Part shown: positions 44,401 through 52,760 of the stretch, in pieces
Numbering within the stretch: the stretch's first letter is position 1
Layout of the letters: each line of letters starts with the position of its first letter
DNA from: Bacteroidaceae bacterium
GTDB lineage: Bacteria > Bacteroidota > Bacteroidia > Bacteroidales > Bacteroidaceae
Assembly: GCA_963600315.1 (NCBI GenBank)
Contig: CAVCAW010000029.1
Coordinates: 7,919-71,918, forward strand
DNA: 64,000 nt
Direction: 5' to 3'
Notes under the pieces: model-generated
What the model saw: the letters and a program-made list of their open reading frames with translations, nothing else
The model's database searches: none
Told to the model about the DNA's origin: nothing
Translations under genes and position numbers: made by a program

Positions 44401-45511
44401 CACCACCTACCTCTGCGATGCCACCCGACACAACCCCGACACATGGAAATGGACAGTGACCAACGGCAAACACACTACCATAATCAACGGACAGAACTCG
44501 TCGTTCACACCCAAATGTCCCGGCATCTACAGCGTTACCCTTGAGGCATCTAACGACATAGGCTCCGCATCGAAGACCGAAGAGCAGAAATTCGTCGTGG
44601 CCAACGCCGAGAGCTACAACGCACTCAACTTTACGGGCGGACAACAAATATCTTCGTCAGCCGACTTCTTCGCCTCGGGAACTAAGGCGTTCACCATCGA
44701 ATGGTGGATGAACCCCACTAAGCAGACAGGCGCACTCAACATGTCTACGTCTAACGGACAGCTGTCCGTCACCACCGACTACAACGGAAATATGACAATA
44801 GAGATAGACGGCAAGAGCTGCAGCTCAGGCAACAACTTCGTGGTGGCAGGCGAATGGTGTCACTATGCCCTGACCTTCAACTTCGGACAGGTGAAGTTCT
44901 ACCGCAATGGCGAACTCATAACCACATCCTCATCGCGCATCGGCACCTCAACAACCAATTGGGGCACGCTGACCCTTGCCGGCGGCGACAATCCATTTGA
45001 CGGGCAGATCGACGAACTGCGCATCTGGAAAAAGTGCCTTACGCTCTCGACTATGAAAAATTATATCAACTCTCCACTCGACGACCCTGAGAGCCTCGCT
45101 CTATCAAGCGGCCTCGTGGCATACTATGACTTCAACCAAAACGGCGGTAGCGTGAAAGACCGCTCAGGCAACGGACTCGACCTCGAGCGCACGGGCTTCG
45201 GTCCCGACGGCGACGCATGGGGATTGTCGAAGGGCGTCTTCACCCTTGACTTCGACACGTCGACAACTGAGCCCGACGAAATCGACGCCGACGGACTCAC
45301 GCACATCTACGATGCCGTCAAGGCTGGAGTGGCAGGCAAGTTTGCCGGCGGACGCGGAACGATTCGCATGGTGATGGAGACCAAAGAAAATGTACGCATA
45401 TACAATGCAGCCGGACAGTGCGTCTTCAATGACCTCGTAGAGGGCGTGCACTACATCCCGTTTGAGCCCGGCGTATATGTCGTCAACGGAACTAAGGTCG
45501 TCGTCAACTGA
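41483..45511 (+). CDS. Secreted multidomain papain-like (C1 family) cysteine peptidase with 2 LamG-like and 3 PKD-like domains and a T9SS-type C-terminal domain
   Basis: The start at ATG 41483 gives a signal peptide MRFMKLLAAALLLAAGSATAQ; ATG 41435 is also possible. Catalytic blocks: FNQDGGSCGSAQA (~41725), DHALSVVGYDD (~42262), WIICNSWGDGW (~42370). LamG-like ends DEFRLWSTARTQKDI and DELRIWKKCLTLSTM. Three PKD-like repeats at ~43870-44600. C-terminus ...VRIYNAAGQCVFNDLVEGVHYIPFEPGVYVVNGTKVVVN. Confidence 0.75.
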   Translation: MRFMKLLAAALLLAAGSATAQDFKVDYTKYPDANPLGGQNGSNGYNAKGTTQGAARSASYRSTKTRPDHVNNALTKFYPPVFNQDGGSCGSAQAVAYCMTYEMNSYRNADASYAENQLPTHFTWLHTYAGIEKYPIMNKHGVPNVTDYGGRTYSSLFGNQDTGSQHYGYMQGYDKWYRAMFNRTVGGDTYCSEGQMTEVGREELKQWLWNHWGDESFYAGGVSGIGVASGGQWGKIPSTATNKSIGVAGMYCVSSWGKTYDHALSVVGYDDRIEFDLDSNGVYGEEDKDEKGAWIICNSWGDGWCNKGFIYCPYKYSVAVGTTVSPWNSGHYTWRKDYEPKRVLKIVMDYSRRSELSFCAGVSSDTTDTKPESSEVMPFFNYAGDGKKQTPAPEVPMLGKWRTQFNYDPMEFGYDVTDLTESYDLSKPLKYFFVINSRSTAVGNGHIYKMSLMDYGIEEDGMEIAARIDTVDILNGGKTTIVAVTVAGRQLYAPLNTSLAGNKLTWSTPKPSSYDISHYNVYKGSLKVAEVPAISHSYTVDDQTATYYVATAYTYKDKTLLSEKSLPARNEATYSLGSHNVTLMLDTASVAVPIALKEKLQQATIEFWIKPNNIDGSSNQIGKAWGTFNIAVSKSGQLMCGWDTSNRITTSANSIQAGKWYHVAVVVDHNVLTLYINGMKRGVLTSTSYSGLPAMDELCFGAAGGFMDAEIDEFRLWSTARTQKDIFTNKNTYISSPSSQPQLMVYYPMETYEDGGVLYLKDLALGYDAPLSKATQGSDETLMTNANVLKTTSFSCLSNVIYAGEPVQFKSESSLNTVKWNWSVKNQTGMSSNIANPYFTFTAAGKYQLTLNTEDREGDKAEYTDTVTVINPEAPKADFDIATDTLAEGEMFNLGNKSTGANCTYTWTMPGADNEEIKSVNARVSYSSTGVYPVTLTATNAGGSDKITKYVVVTHTVPGVDFTVDPDFIVLGNTTYLCDATRHNPDTWKWTVTNGKHTTIINGQNSSFTPKCPGIYSVTLEASNDIGSASKTEEQKFVVANAESYNALNFTGGQQISSSADFFASGTKAFTIEWWMNPTKQTGALNMSTSNGQLSVTTDYNGNMTIEIDGKSCSSGNNFVVAGEWCHYALTFNFGQVKFYRNGELITTSSSRIGTSTTNWGTLTLAGGDNPFDGQIDELRIWKKCLTLSTMKNYINSPLDDPESLALSSGLVAYYDFNQNGGSVKDRSGNGLDLERTGFGPDGDAWGLSKGVFTLDFDTSTTEPDEIDADGLTHIYDAVKAGVAGKFAGGRGTIRMVMETKENVRIYNAAGQCVFNDLVEGVHYIPFEPGVYVVNGTKVVVN

Positions 45512-45572
45512 CACCAACGGCAAAGCGGCATTTAAAACTAACCGACTGCCGCAGCAAACCGACCACACATGA

Positions 45573-45616
45573 TAGCAGCCGCCAAAGTTCTCACTTCGAG
45601 ACTTTGGCGGCTGCTA
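45573..45616 (+). terminator. Terminator hairpin after the peptidase gene
   Basis: tagcagccgccaaagt (45573-45588) and actttggcggctgcta (45601-45616) form a perfect 16-bp stem. Confidence 0.7.
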
Positions 45617-45669
45617 GCGTGAGCTGGCAGTTTTTTGGCAATTAGTAGGGAATTCTGAATATAAATGCT

Positions 45670-45702
45670 TAATTTTGCACAGCGAAAAAGAGGTGTGCAA
45701 AA
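45670..45702 (+). promoter_or_regulatory. Candidate -7 box (TAATTTTG, 45670-45677) overlapped by a 9-bp inverted repeat (candidate TetR operator)
   Basis: ttttgcaca (45673-45681), 12 nt, tgtgcaaaa (45694-45702). About 105-135 nt upstream of the TetR-family gene. Confidence 0.4.
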
Positions 45703-45806
45703 TCCAGACAGTGCAGTCTGACATCGTTTTTGCCATCAGAGTCTTTTTCAAACTAGCGCAGATGTGACCGCATCGGGAGCAAGAGTATAAAAAGAAAAAT
45801 ATTTGT

Positions 45807-46430
45807 ATGTCAACATCCAAGAAGAAAGCCCTTCTCATAGACGTGGCGCGCAAACTGTTTGCGCAAAACGGCCTTAACGGCACAACAATGAACGATATAG
45901 CCAACGAGTCTGGAATCTCCCGACGCACGTTGTACGTATATTTTTCAAACAAGGAGGAAATCTACTCGGCGGTGATAGAGACCGAAATAGAGCGTCTGTC
46001 GGACAAAATGGACGAGGTGGCTTCGCGCAATATCGACCCCGAACTCAAAGTGGCCACCCTAATCTACACTCATCTCAACGCAGTGAAAGAAACCGTGGTG
46101 CGCAATGGCTCGCTCCGCGCAGAGTTCTTCCGCAATATCTGGATGGTGGAGAAAGTGAGGAAAGCCTTTGACAACGAAGAGCTTGAGCTCTACCGCCGCG
46201 TGATTCAGGAGGGCTGCGAAACGGGACAGTTCCACGTGGAGAGCATCGACCTCGTGGCCGACGTGATTCACTACTGCATCAAGGGGCTCGAGGTACCCTA
46301 CGTCTACGGACGCCTGGGCAACGGCATGACCATCGACGAAAGCCGCCCCATCGTAATCAACATGGTCAAGCGTATGCTCGGCATCAACACCATGAAGCAG
46401 TGGGACGTGACCAAGTTTATTGAGGAATAA
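45807..46430 (+). CDS. TetR/AcrR family transcriptional regulator
   Basis: N-terminal HTH: ALLIDVARKLFAQNGLNGTTMNDIANESGISRRTLYVYFSNKEEIY. Confidence 0.9.
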   Translation: MSTSKKKALLIDVARKLFAQNGLNGTTMNDIANESGISRRTLYVYFSNKEEIYSAVIETEIERLSDKMDEVASRNIDPELKVATLIYTHLNAVKETVVRNGSLRAEFFRNIWMVEKVRKAFDNEELELYRRVIQEGCETGQFHVESIDLVADVIHYCIKGLEVPYVYGRLGNGMTIDESRPIVINMVKRMLGINTMKQWDVTKFIEE

Positions 46431-46508
46431 AACTATTCTTCGCAACGACCACCGATGGCGGTGCGAAGAAAAAACAACTGAATATAACAGCAAAACAACT
46501 TTATTATT

Positions 46509-47255
46509 ATGGGACTTTTAAGTGGAAAGACAGCCCTCGTTACAGGAGCTGCACGCGGCATCGGCAAAGCCATTGCCTTGAGATTTGCGCAAGAAGGCGC
46601 CAACATAGCGTTTACTGACCTCGTGATTGACGAAAACGGCAAAGCTACCGAGTCTGAAATAGCAGCCCTCGGTGTGAAGTGTGTAGGCTATGCGTCAAAC
46701 GCAGCAGACTTCGCCCAGACCGAAGAGGTAGTAAACAAGGTTAAAGAGGAGTTTGGCTCCATCGACATTCTCGTGAACAACGCAGGTATCACCAAGGACG
46801 GACTGATGATGCGCATGAGCGAGGCTCAGTGGGACGCAGTGATTGCCGTAAACCTCAAGTCGGCATTCAACTTCATCCACGCCTGCACTCCTATCATGAT
46901 GCGCCAGCGCAGCGGTAGCATCATCAACATGGCTTCTGTAGTAGGCGTTCACGGCAATGCCGGTCAGTGCAACTATGCAGCCTCCAAAGCCGGACTTATC
47001 GCCCTGGCCAAGAGTATCGCTCAGGAACTCGGTTCACGCGGTGTGCGCGCCAATGCCATCGCCCCGGGCTTCATCGAGACAGCCATGACAGCCGCTCTGT
47101 CGGAAGACATCCGCAAGGAGTGGATCAAGAGCATTCCTCTGCGCCGCGGCGGACAGGTTGAAGATATCGCCAACACCGCTGTATATCTCGCCTCTGACCT
47201 CTCCAGCTATGTCACCGGACAGGTTATCCAGGTCGACGGCGGCATGAACATGTAA
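46509..47255 (+). CDS. fabG: 3-oxoacyl-[acyl-carrier-protein] reductase (SDR family)
   Basis: TGAARGIGKA Rossmann motif, NNAGIT, and the catalytic YAASKAG block. 248 aa. Confidence 0.9.
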   Translation: MGLLSGKTALVTGAARGIGKAIALRFAQEGANIAFTDLVIDENGKATESEIAALGVKCVGYASNAADFAQTEEVVNKVKEEFGSIDILVNNAGITKDGLMMRMSEAQWDAVIAVNLKSAFNFIHACTPIMMRQRSGSIINMASVVGVHGNAGQCNYAASKAGLIALAKSIAQELGSRGVRANAIAPGFIETAMTAALSEDIRKEWIKSIPLRRGGQVEDIANTAVYLASDLSSYVTGQVIQVDGGMNM

Positions 47256-47301
47256 GAACACGACCCCTGACTACACCCTTCTCAATCAGAGCAAACGCAA
47301 G

Positions 47302-47994
47302 ATGGAGGTAATCTACGAAGACAACCACGTCATTGCCGTCAACAAGGCACCCGGCGAAATAGTGCAGGGCGACAAGACTGGCGACAAGCCGCTGAGCGAG
47401 ATGGTGAAGGACTATATCAAGGAGAAATACGCCAAGCCGGGTAACGTCTTTCTGGGCGTTACCCACAGGCTTGACAGGCCGGTGAGCGGCGTAGTGGTCT
47501 TTGCTCGCACGAGCAAGGCCCTGCCGCGCATCAACCGGCTATTCAGCAACGGGGAGGTAGAAAAAACCTATCTCGCCATTGTGGGCAACAAGCCTCAGCA
47601 GAGCGAGGGAGAAATAGTGTCGTGGCTCACGCGCAACGAAAGGCTCAACAAGTCGTTCGTAAGCAACAAAGAGACACCCGGCGCCCGACAAGCCTGCTTG
47701 CGCTACAAGCTCGTGGCATCTGCCGACAGATATCATCTGCTTGCCGTGAGACTGCTCACGGGGCGCCATCACCAGATAAGGTGTCAACTATCATCGATAG
47801 GCTGCCCCATCAAGGGTGACCTAAAATATGGGGCACCACGCAGCAACCCCGATGGCAGCATATCGCTACACTCGTGGAGAGCGCGGTTTGAACACCCCGT
47901 GTCGCACATGTCACTCGAAATAATTGCACACTGCCCCAACTCTCCTCTATGGGACGCACTGATGCGCAATGTTGACCACAGCCTGACTGTATAA
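47302..47994 (+). CDS. RluA-family RNA pseudouridine synthase
   Basis: IIYEDNHVIAVNKAPG-type block, catalytic HRLDRPVSG, and LTGRHHQIR. Confidence 0.85.
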   Translation: MEVIYEDNHVIAVNKAPGEIVQGDKTGDKPLSEMVKDYIKEKYAKPGNVFLGVTHRLDRPVSGVVVFARTSKALPRINRLFSNGEVEKTYLAIVGNKPQQSEGEIVSWLTRNERLNKSFVSNKETPGARQACLRYKLVASADRYHLLAVRLLTGRHHQIRCQLSSIGCPIKGDLKYGAPRSNPDGSISLHSWRARFEHPVSHMSLEIIAHCPNSPLWDALMRNVDHSLTV

Positions 47995-48076
47995 GCATTG
48001 ACACCCAAAACCGCTGATGCAGGCTCTTGGCAAGCAATACAAAATGCCACTGCAACAGCACAAGACTTCAAGCAAG

Positions 48077-48790
48077 ATGAGCAAAACCCTTTCCGTTATC
48101 ATTCCTTCCTACAATGAGGGAGCGAGCCTCTATGCCGTTCTTGAGAAAGTGGAGAAGGTGGAGTTGCCTTACGGCATAGGGAAAGAGGTGATTGTGGTGG
48201 ACGATGGTTCTACGGACAACACGCCCGAGTATGCGCAGAGATATATTGCGCAGCATCCTGGCTGCAACGTGCGTCTGCTTAGCCACAGCGTCAATCAGGG
48301 CAAGGGCATGGCAATACGCACAGCCCTCAAGGTGCTTACGGGCGACATCGTCGTGATACAAGACAGCGACGAGGAGCTCGACCCCAATGACATAGCCCTG
48401 ATGCTTAAGAAAATGACAGACGAGAATCTTGAGGTGCTCTACGGCTCAAGATTTCTGGACAAGACGGGCAATCGCTCGCTCTACCGCTCATTCTACTACG
48501 GCACTAAAGTACTGTCGTGGCTCGTCAACGTGCTCTACGGTCAAAGTATTACTGACGAACCTACGTGCTACAAGATGTTCAGCACACAGCTGCTCCGCTC
48601 CATACCGCTCAAATGCCAGGGCTTCGAGTTTTGTCCCGAAGTGACAGCCAAAGTCGCACGTCGCGGACTGAAGATAAAAGAGGTTCCCATCAGCTACTAT
48701 CCGCGCACGATCACTCAAGGCAAGAAAATCCGCACCAAAGACGGTTTCAAGGCCATCTGGTACCTCTTGAAGTACCGCTTCGTGAAATAA
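48077..48790 (+). CDS. Glycosyltransferase family 2 protein
   Basis: The ATG at 48077 gives MSKTLSVIIPSYNEGASL...VIVVDDGSTDNT...QDSDEE (DxD). The tracked ORF starts 20 codons earlier. Confidence 0.85.
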   Translation: MSKTLSVIIPSYNEGASLYAVLEKVEKVELPYGIGKEVIVVDDGSTDNTPEYAQRYIAQHPGCNVRLLSHSVNQGKGMAIRTALKVLTGDIVVIQDSDEELDPNDIALMLKKMTDENLEVLYGSRFLDKTGNRSLYRSFYYGTKVLSWLVNVLYGQSITDEPTCYKMFSTQLLRSIPLKCQGFEFCPEVTAKVARRGLKIKEVPISYYPRTITQGKKIRTKDGFKAIWYLLKYRFVK

Positions 48791-49163
48791 GCCGGCAATA
48801 AGCCGTGCCCCCAAGATGACATTGCTATAGCCACGATGCTGTCATAGCCGCAAATTGATGACCGCCGCATTGCTGGTCTGCAGAACTGCATTATAGAGCA
48901 GCGGAACTGCAATACAGATCAACAGTGTCGCTTTACTGTATAATGAGCTACATTGTAGGACAACGGCACTGCACTACAGGACAACAACACTCATTACAAA
49001 AAAGCAGAACGTCTACTAGTTTGTCTGAAGTAGTTTGTCTGAAGAGCCAAAACAACGCTCTAAGACAGCGATAGGTCACTGTATTTTGAAAGGGGAGTGA
49101 CAACACTCTCTCCTCATAACAAAAACTGTCTACCCCATAACAGGAAACATTCTACCTCATAAC

Positions 49164-49208
49164 AAAAAAAGCGCCCTCCGATGCAATTTAGTATCGGAGG
49201 GCGCTTTT
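49164..49208. terminator. Bidirectional rho-independent terminator between the convergent GT2 and tyrosine-kinase genes
   Basis: A7, gcgccctccgat (49171-49182), 10-nt loop, atcggagggcgc (49193-49204), TTTT. Confidence 0.8.
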
Positions 49209-49272
49209 CTATTTTACAGGGTTGGAGTCGATTGGGACTATTATTGGTTTGCCCAACAAACGATTTCTTCTT

Positions 49273-51732
49273 CTACCCCTTCTTGCTACGCAAGTTGAAG
49301 GCACGTTCCAAGAGAGTGCCTATCTTGGTGAGGTGCTTCTTGCGGTGTTTTACATCCTCGTAGTAACCATAACCATAGCCGTAACCATAGCCGTAACCAT
49401 AACCATAGCCGTGGGAATCCATGGCATTGGAACCATTGATAACCACCTGCATCTTGCGCAACTTGCCTTCCTGATAGATCTTCTCGAGGTCATCGAGGAA
49501 GCGGCGGTCTTCAACACCCACGCGGATAACGTAGAGAGTGAAGTCGGCAACGCGGTTCACTATGCTGGAGTCAGCCACGTTGATGGTCGGCGTGGTGTCA
49601 ACAACGATATACTTGTAGCCGTAGTCTTCACGAAGTTTCTTGATGAGTTCGTCAAGACGTTTGCTCAGCAGCAGTTCTGCCGGATTAGGCGGCCTTACGC
49701 CAGCCGGAATCATATCAAGTTCTTCGGTGACATTCTTTATGATGATATCGTCGACGTCGCACTGGTTGGCAAGATAGGAGGTCAAACCATATTGCGTGCG
49801 GTTCAAGCCCAAGACTTGCGAAACGGAGTTCTTGCGTATGTCGGTGTCGATAAGTATTGTCTTGGCACCACTGACGCTAAGGATATAGGCAAGGTTGCGC
49901 GACACGAAGCTCTTGCCCTGCGACGGAGTTGACGACGTGACGGCAATCACGCCTTCGGGCAACACCATGTTGATGTTGTAGCGCAGTATTCTGAATGCCT
50001 CTGATATGATAGTGTTGTTCTCGTTCTTGTTGAGCAGCTTGTCAGAGTTGACGTCGTCGTTCCACTGCGGAATGTCGCCCACGATAGGAGCCGACAGGCT
50101 GTCCTCAACATCCTTGCGCCCACGCACGGTCTTGTCCATCGAGGTGATAATCCACAATATGCCGGCAGGAATCAGCAGACCAACAATGAAGGCTATTAAC
50201 AATATGCGCATGGTATGGGGAGTCACGGGCAGTCCAGTGCCGTAGGGATATTCCACGATGCGCACGTTGGCCTCGTTGATGGCCAACTGGAGAGCCGTCT
50301 CTTCGCGCTTGTTGAGAAGGTAGGTGTAGAGCGTCTCCTTGATTTTCTGCTGTCGGGTAATGTCGAGTGTCTTAATCTCAGACTGAGGAGCGGAGGTCAT
50401 GGCCGACCTCAACTCGTTGTCGGAATTGCGAGCCTTGTTGACTTGTATCTTGATAGCGTCAACATAGCTGTCGATGCCGGCGCAGATGTTGGCGCGCATG
50501 GCTGTCAACACGCGGTCGCGCTCCATGATGGCATTGGCCGTGGGCGACGAGTTGACGAGCAAGTTGTTGCGCTCCACCATGAGCGTGTTATATTCGTTGA
50601 TTTGCTGCTCCATATTAGCATTGCCCAGCGCTCCGAGCACAGGTATCAGTTTGCCCTCAGAGGCGGCATGGGCGTAGATAAAGTCGCGTAGCGAGGTCAC
50701 CACGGCATAGCGTGTTTCGAGCTGCAAGAGAGCCTGGTGTGAAGTTGAGCTCTCGGAGAGGTAGTTGGTCACGTTGAGGTTGAAATCAAGCATGTTGCTC
50801 GACTGCTTGAAGTCCACGAGTTCTTTCTCAACATCGCTCAGTTGTTTGCCTATGAGCTCAATGCGGTCGTCAATGAATTTGGCAGTGTTGAGAGCCACGG
50901 TGTTCTTGGCATCAACGATGTCTTTTTTGTAGGCCTCGAGCAGTGCATTGAGTATCTTGTGAGCCCTCTGGTTGTTCTTGTCCTGACACACCAGGGTGAT
51001 GAGGTTGGCATCTTTATCGTTCTCGGCAGCGGCAATGCGACTGCGATAATAGTTGATGGCCAGTTCGCGCGGCATCCTGACGATGTGTAGAGTCTTATTG
51101 CTGAACCTCGGGAGATATTTGGTCTTCTGCAGCACCACGATGCCACCGGGGGTATTGACTGGCTCGCCGAACGACACCGACTTCTCGAAGCCAGTCTTCT
51201 TGCCTTCGACACGCAGATTCTTGATGAGCAGTTTACCACCGCTTATCTCGGCATCAAAGCTGAGTGCTTTCTTGTTTTGGTCGAGAAACTCGGCTAAGAC
51301 TGGAGTGTCGTCAAACAGCGTGATGGGAGTGAGGTTGTGGCTCATCGAATAGTCTACATTGAGCTTCAGTCGGTCTACCACTACCCCCATCAAGCGGCGT
51401 GAGGTGAGTATAAAGATTTCGTCCTTGAGATTGTCAGTAGTCTGTATGCCACTGATGTCTGACAGCGAGCTGAAAGCCTTGGTGCGGTTGTTGCGCGAGT
51501 CGCTCTCCTTGATGAGAATCGTGGCCGACTGGCTGTAGGTGCGCGGCTGGCGCTTGGTGAAGAGATATGCCACCCCCAAGCAAACCACTACGCTGAGGGC
51601 GAACCACCGCCAGTTTTTGCGCAGTATGAAGAGGCAATATAGGACAATGGCAAGAATGTTGGACGACTGCTCTTCCTCCTTCTTGGAGTTGTAGCCGTCG
51701 TTGGTCGTCAGGGTTTCTGTATTGAATGGCAT
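49273..51732 (-). CDS. Polysaccharide co-polymerase / bacterial tyrosine autokinase (Wzc-like)
   Basis: 819 aa. N-terminal Wzz-like region with two TM segments, long coiled-coil periplasmic part, C-terminal P-loop kinase (VTSSTPSQGKSFVSRNLA, IVVDTTP) and a tyrosine cluster H(GY)8Y. Confidence 0.9.
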   Translation of the reverse strand: MPFNTETLTTNDGYNSKKEEEQSSNILAIVLYCLFILRKNWRWFALSVVVCLGVAYLFTKRQPRTYSQSATILIKESDSRNNRTKAFSSLSDISGIQTTDNLKDEIFILTSRRLMGVVVDRLKLNVDYSMSHNLTPITLFDDTPVLAEFLDQNKKALSFDAEISGGKLLIKNLRVEGKKTGFEKSVSFGEPVNTPGGIVVLQKTKYLPRFSNKTLHIVRMPRELAINYYRSRIAAAENDKDANLITLVCQDKNNQRAHKILNALLEAYKKDIVDAKNTVALNTAKFIDDRIELIGKQLSDVEKELVDFKQSSNMLDFNLNVTNYLSESSTSHQALLQLETRYAVVTSLRDFIYAHAASEGKLIPVLGALGNANMEQQINEYNTLMVERNNLLVNSSPTANAIMERDRVLTAMRANICAGIDSYVDAIKIQVNKARNSDNELRSAMTSAPQSEIKTLDITRQQKIKETLYTYLLNKREETALQLAINEANVRIVEYPYGTGLPVTPHTMRILLIAFIVGLLIPAGILWIITSMDKTVRGRKDVEDSLSAPIVGDIPQWNDDVNSDKLLNKNENNTIISEAFRILRYNINMVLPEGVIAVTSSTPSQGKSFVSRNLAYILSVSGAKTILIDTDIRKNSVSQVLGLNRTQYGLTSYLANQCDVDDIIIKNVTEELDMIPAGVRPPNPAELLLSKRLDELIKKLREDYGYKYIVVDTTPTINVADSSIVNRVADFTLYVIRVGVEDRRFLDDLEKIYQEGKLRKMQVVINGSNAMDSHGYGYGYGYGYGYGYGYYEDVKHRKKHLTKIGTLLERAFNLRSKKG
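49360..49410 (-). repeat. Hexanucleotide microsatellite encoding the (GY)8Y tyrosine cluster
   Basis: The plus strand reads gta gta acc ata acc ata gcc gta acc ata gcc gta acc ata acc ata gcc. Confidence 0.9.
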
Positions 51733-51745
51733 AGATTCGATATTT

Positions 51746-52558
51746 TTAATTGGTTAGGGCAATGATGAGCGATATTACCGATGCCACCATGCTCACTAGT
51801 GTACCGGTGACGGTGAGGTAGGTGTAAGACGTGCTTCCCTTCACCTTGACAGACTTGTTGCCCTCCACAATGACCAGGTCGTTCTGCTGCATATAGTAGG
51901 CTGGTGAGCTAAACACCGACTTTGGGTCGGTCAAGTCAATCTTGTAAGTGGTGCGCTGCCCGTTTTCCTCCCTGAGCACCAGAATGTTGGTGCGTATGGC
52001 GCTGTTGTTGAGGTCACCAGCACGACCGAGAGCCTCGAGCAATGTCAGTCGCTGCCCCGTGTAGCTCTGCGTGCCCGGATTCTTCACGTCGCCCAGCACG
52101 GTAATCTTGAAACTCATTATCTTGGTGGCCACCTGCACGTCTTTGACGTCTTGCTGCAGCCTAGACTGTATCTGTGCTGAGAGCTGCTCAGGCGTTAGTC
52201 CTGCCGCCTTTATCCTGCCCACCACAGGGAAGTCGATAGTGCCGTCCTGGTAGACGTAGAAATAGCACACACCCGAATTGGTGATGCTCTGCGAGGCTCC
52301 AGTCTGATAGTTGCCCGACCCCACAAGCACGTTGTTGTTATACTGGTCAAGCAGAGCCTTGTCGCGCGACGAAATGGTGATGGCCAACTGGTCATCGCTT
52401 TGTATCAAGAGCTGGAAATTCTTATTGATTCCCACAGACTTAGCATATAGAGTGTCGACTCCCTGGAGATAAATCATCTCCTTGTTGCTTACACACGAAG
52501 TCATAAACGCGGTAGCCGCCAATAAAATCAAGAAGGTGGAGAGTATTGTCTTTCTCAT
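51746..52558 (-). CDS. Polysaccharide export outer-membrane lipoprotein (Wza-like)
   Basis: Lipoprotein box AFMTSCVSN, Poly_export-like block (YLLIQSDDQLAITI type), and SLBB-like segment (VTVLGDVKNPGTQSY). 13 nt upstream of the kinase gene. Confidence 0.85.
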   Translation of the reverse strand: MRKTILSTFLILLAATAFMTSCVSNKEMIYLQGVDTLYAKSVGINKNFQLLIQSDDQLAITISSRDKALLDQYNNNVLVGSGNYQTGASQSITNSGVCYFYVYQDGTIDFPVVGRIKAAGLTPEQLSAQIQSRLQQDVKDVQVATKIMSFKITVLGDVKNPGTQSYTGQRLTLLEALGRAGDLNNSAIRTNILVLREENGQRTTYKIDLTDPKSVFSSPAYYMQQNDLVIVEGNKSVKVKGSTSYTYLTVTGTLVSMVASVISLIIALTN

Positions 52559-52600
52559 GGTTTAACGAATACTTTTTATAAAAAATACTGTTTTGCTTCG

Positions 52601-52608
52601 CAAAAGTA
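52601..52608 (-). promoter_or_regulatory. Candidate -7 promoter box (TACTTTTG on minus strand) for the wza/wzc-like pair
   Basis: Exact TAnnTTTG, 43 nt upstream of the ATG at 52558. Confidence 0.45.
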
Positions 52609-52760
52609 ATAAAACTTTTTCGATTATGAACGAATTTGTCCAGCAAAGATAGAATTGGCAACAACAGAAGGACAACGGGCAGCACCACATCGATTCAGAA
52701 AGCGTTGAGTGGCGAGACACACAAAGCCTTCATAGCGTGCCACACGGAGCCTTCTCACCA

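Noticed and set aside
43793-44647. 284-aa minus-strand ORF
   Set aside because: It is antisense to the PKD-repeat region of the peptidase gene, a shadow ORF.
49222-49932. 236-aa plus-strand ORF
   Set aside because: It is antisense to the kinase domain of the Wzc-like gene. It begins inside the terminator and reads the GY microsatellite as VTITIAV repeats.
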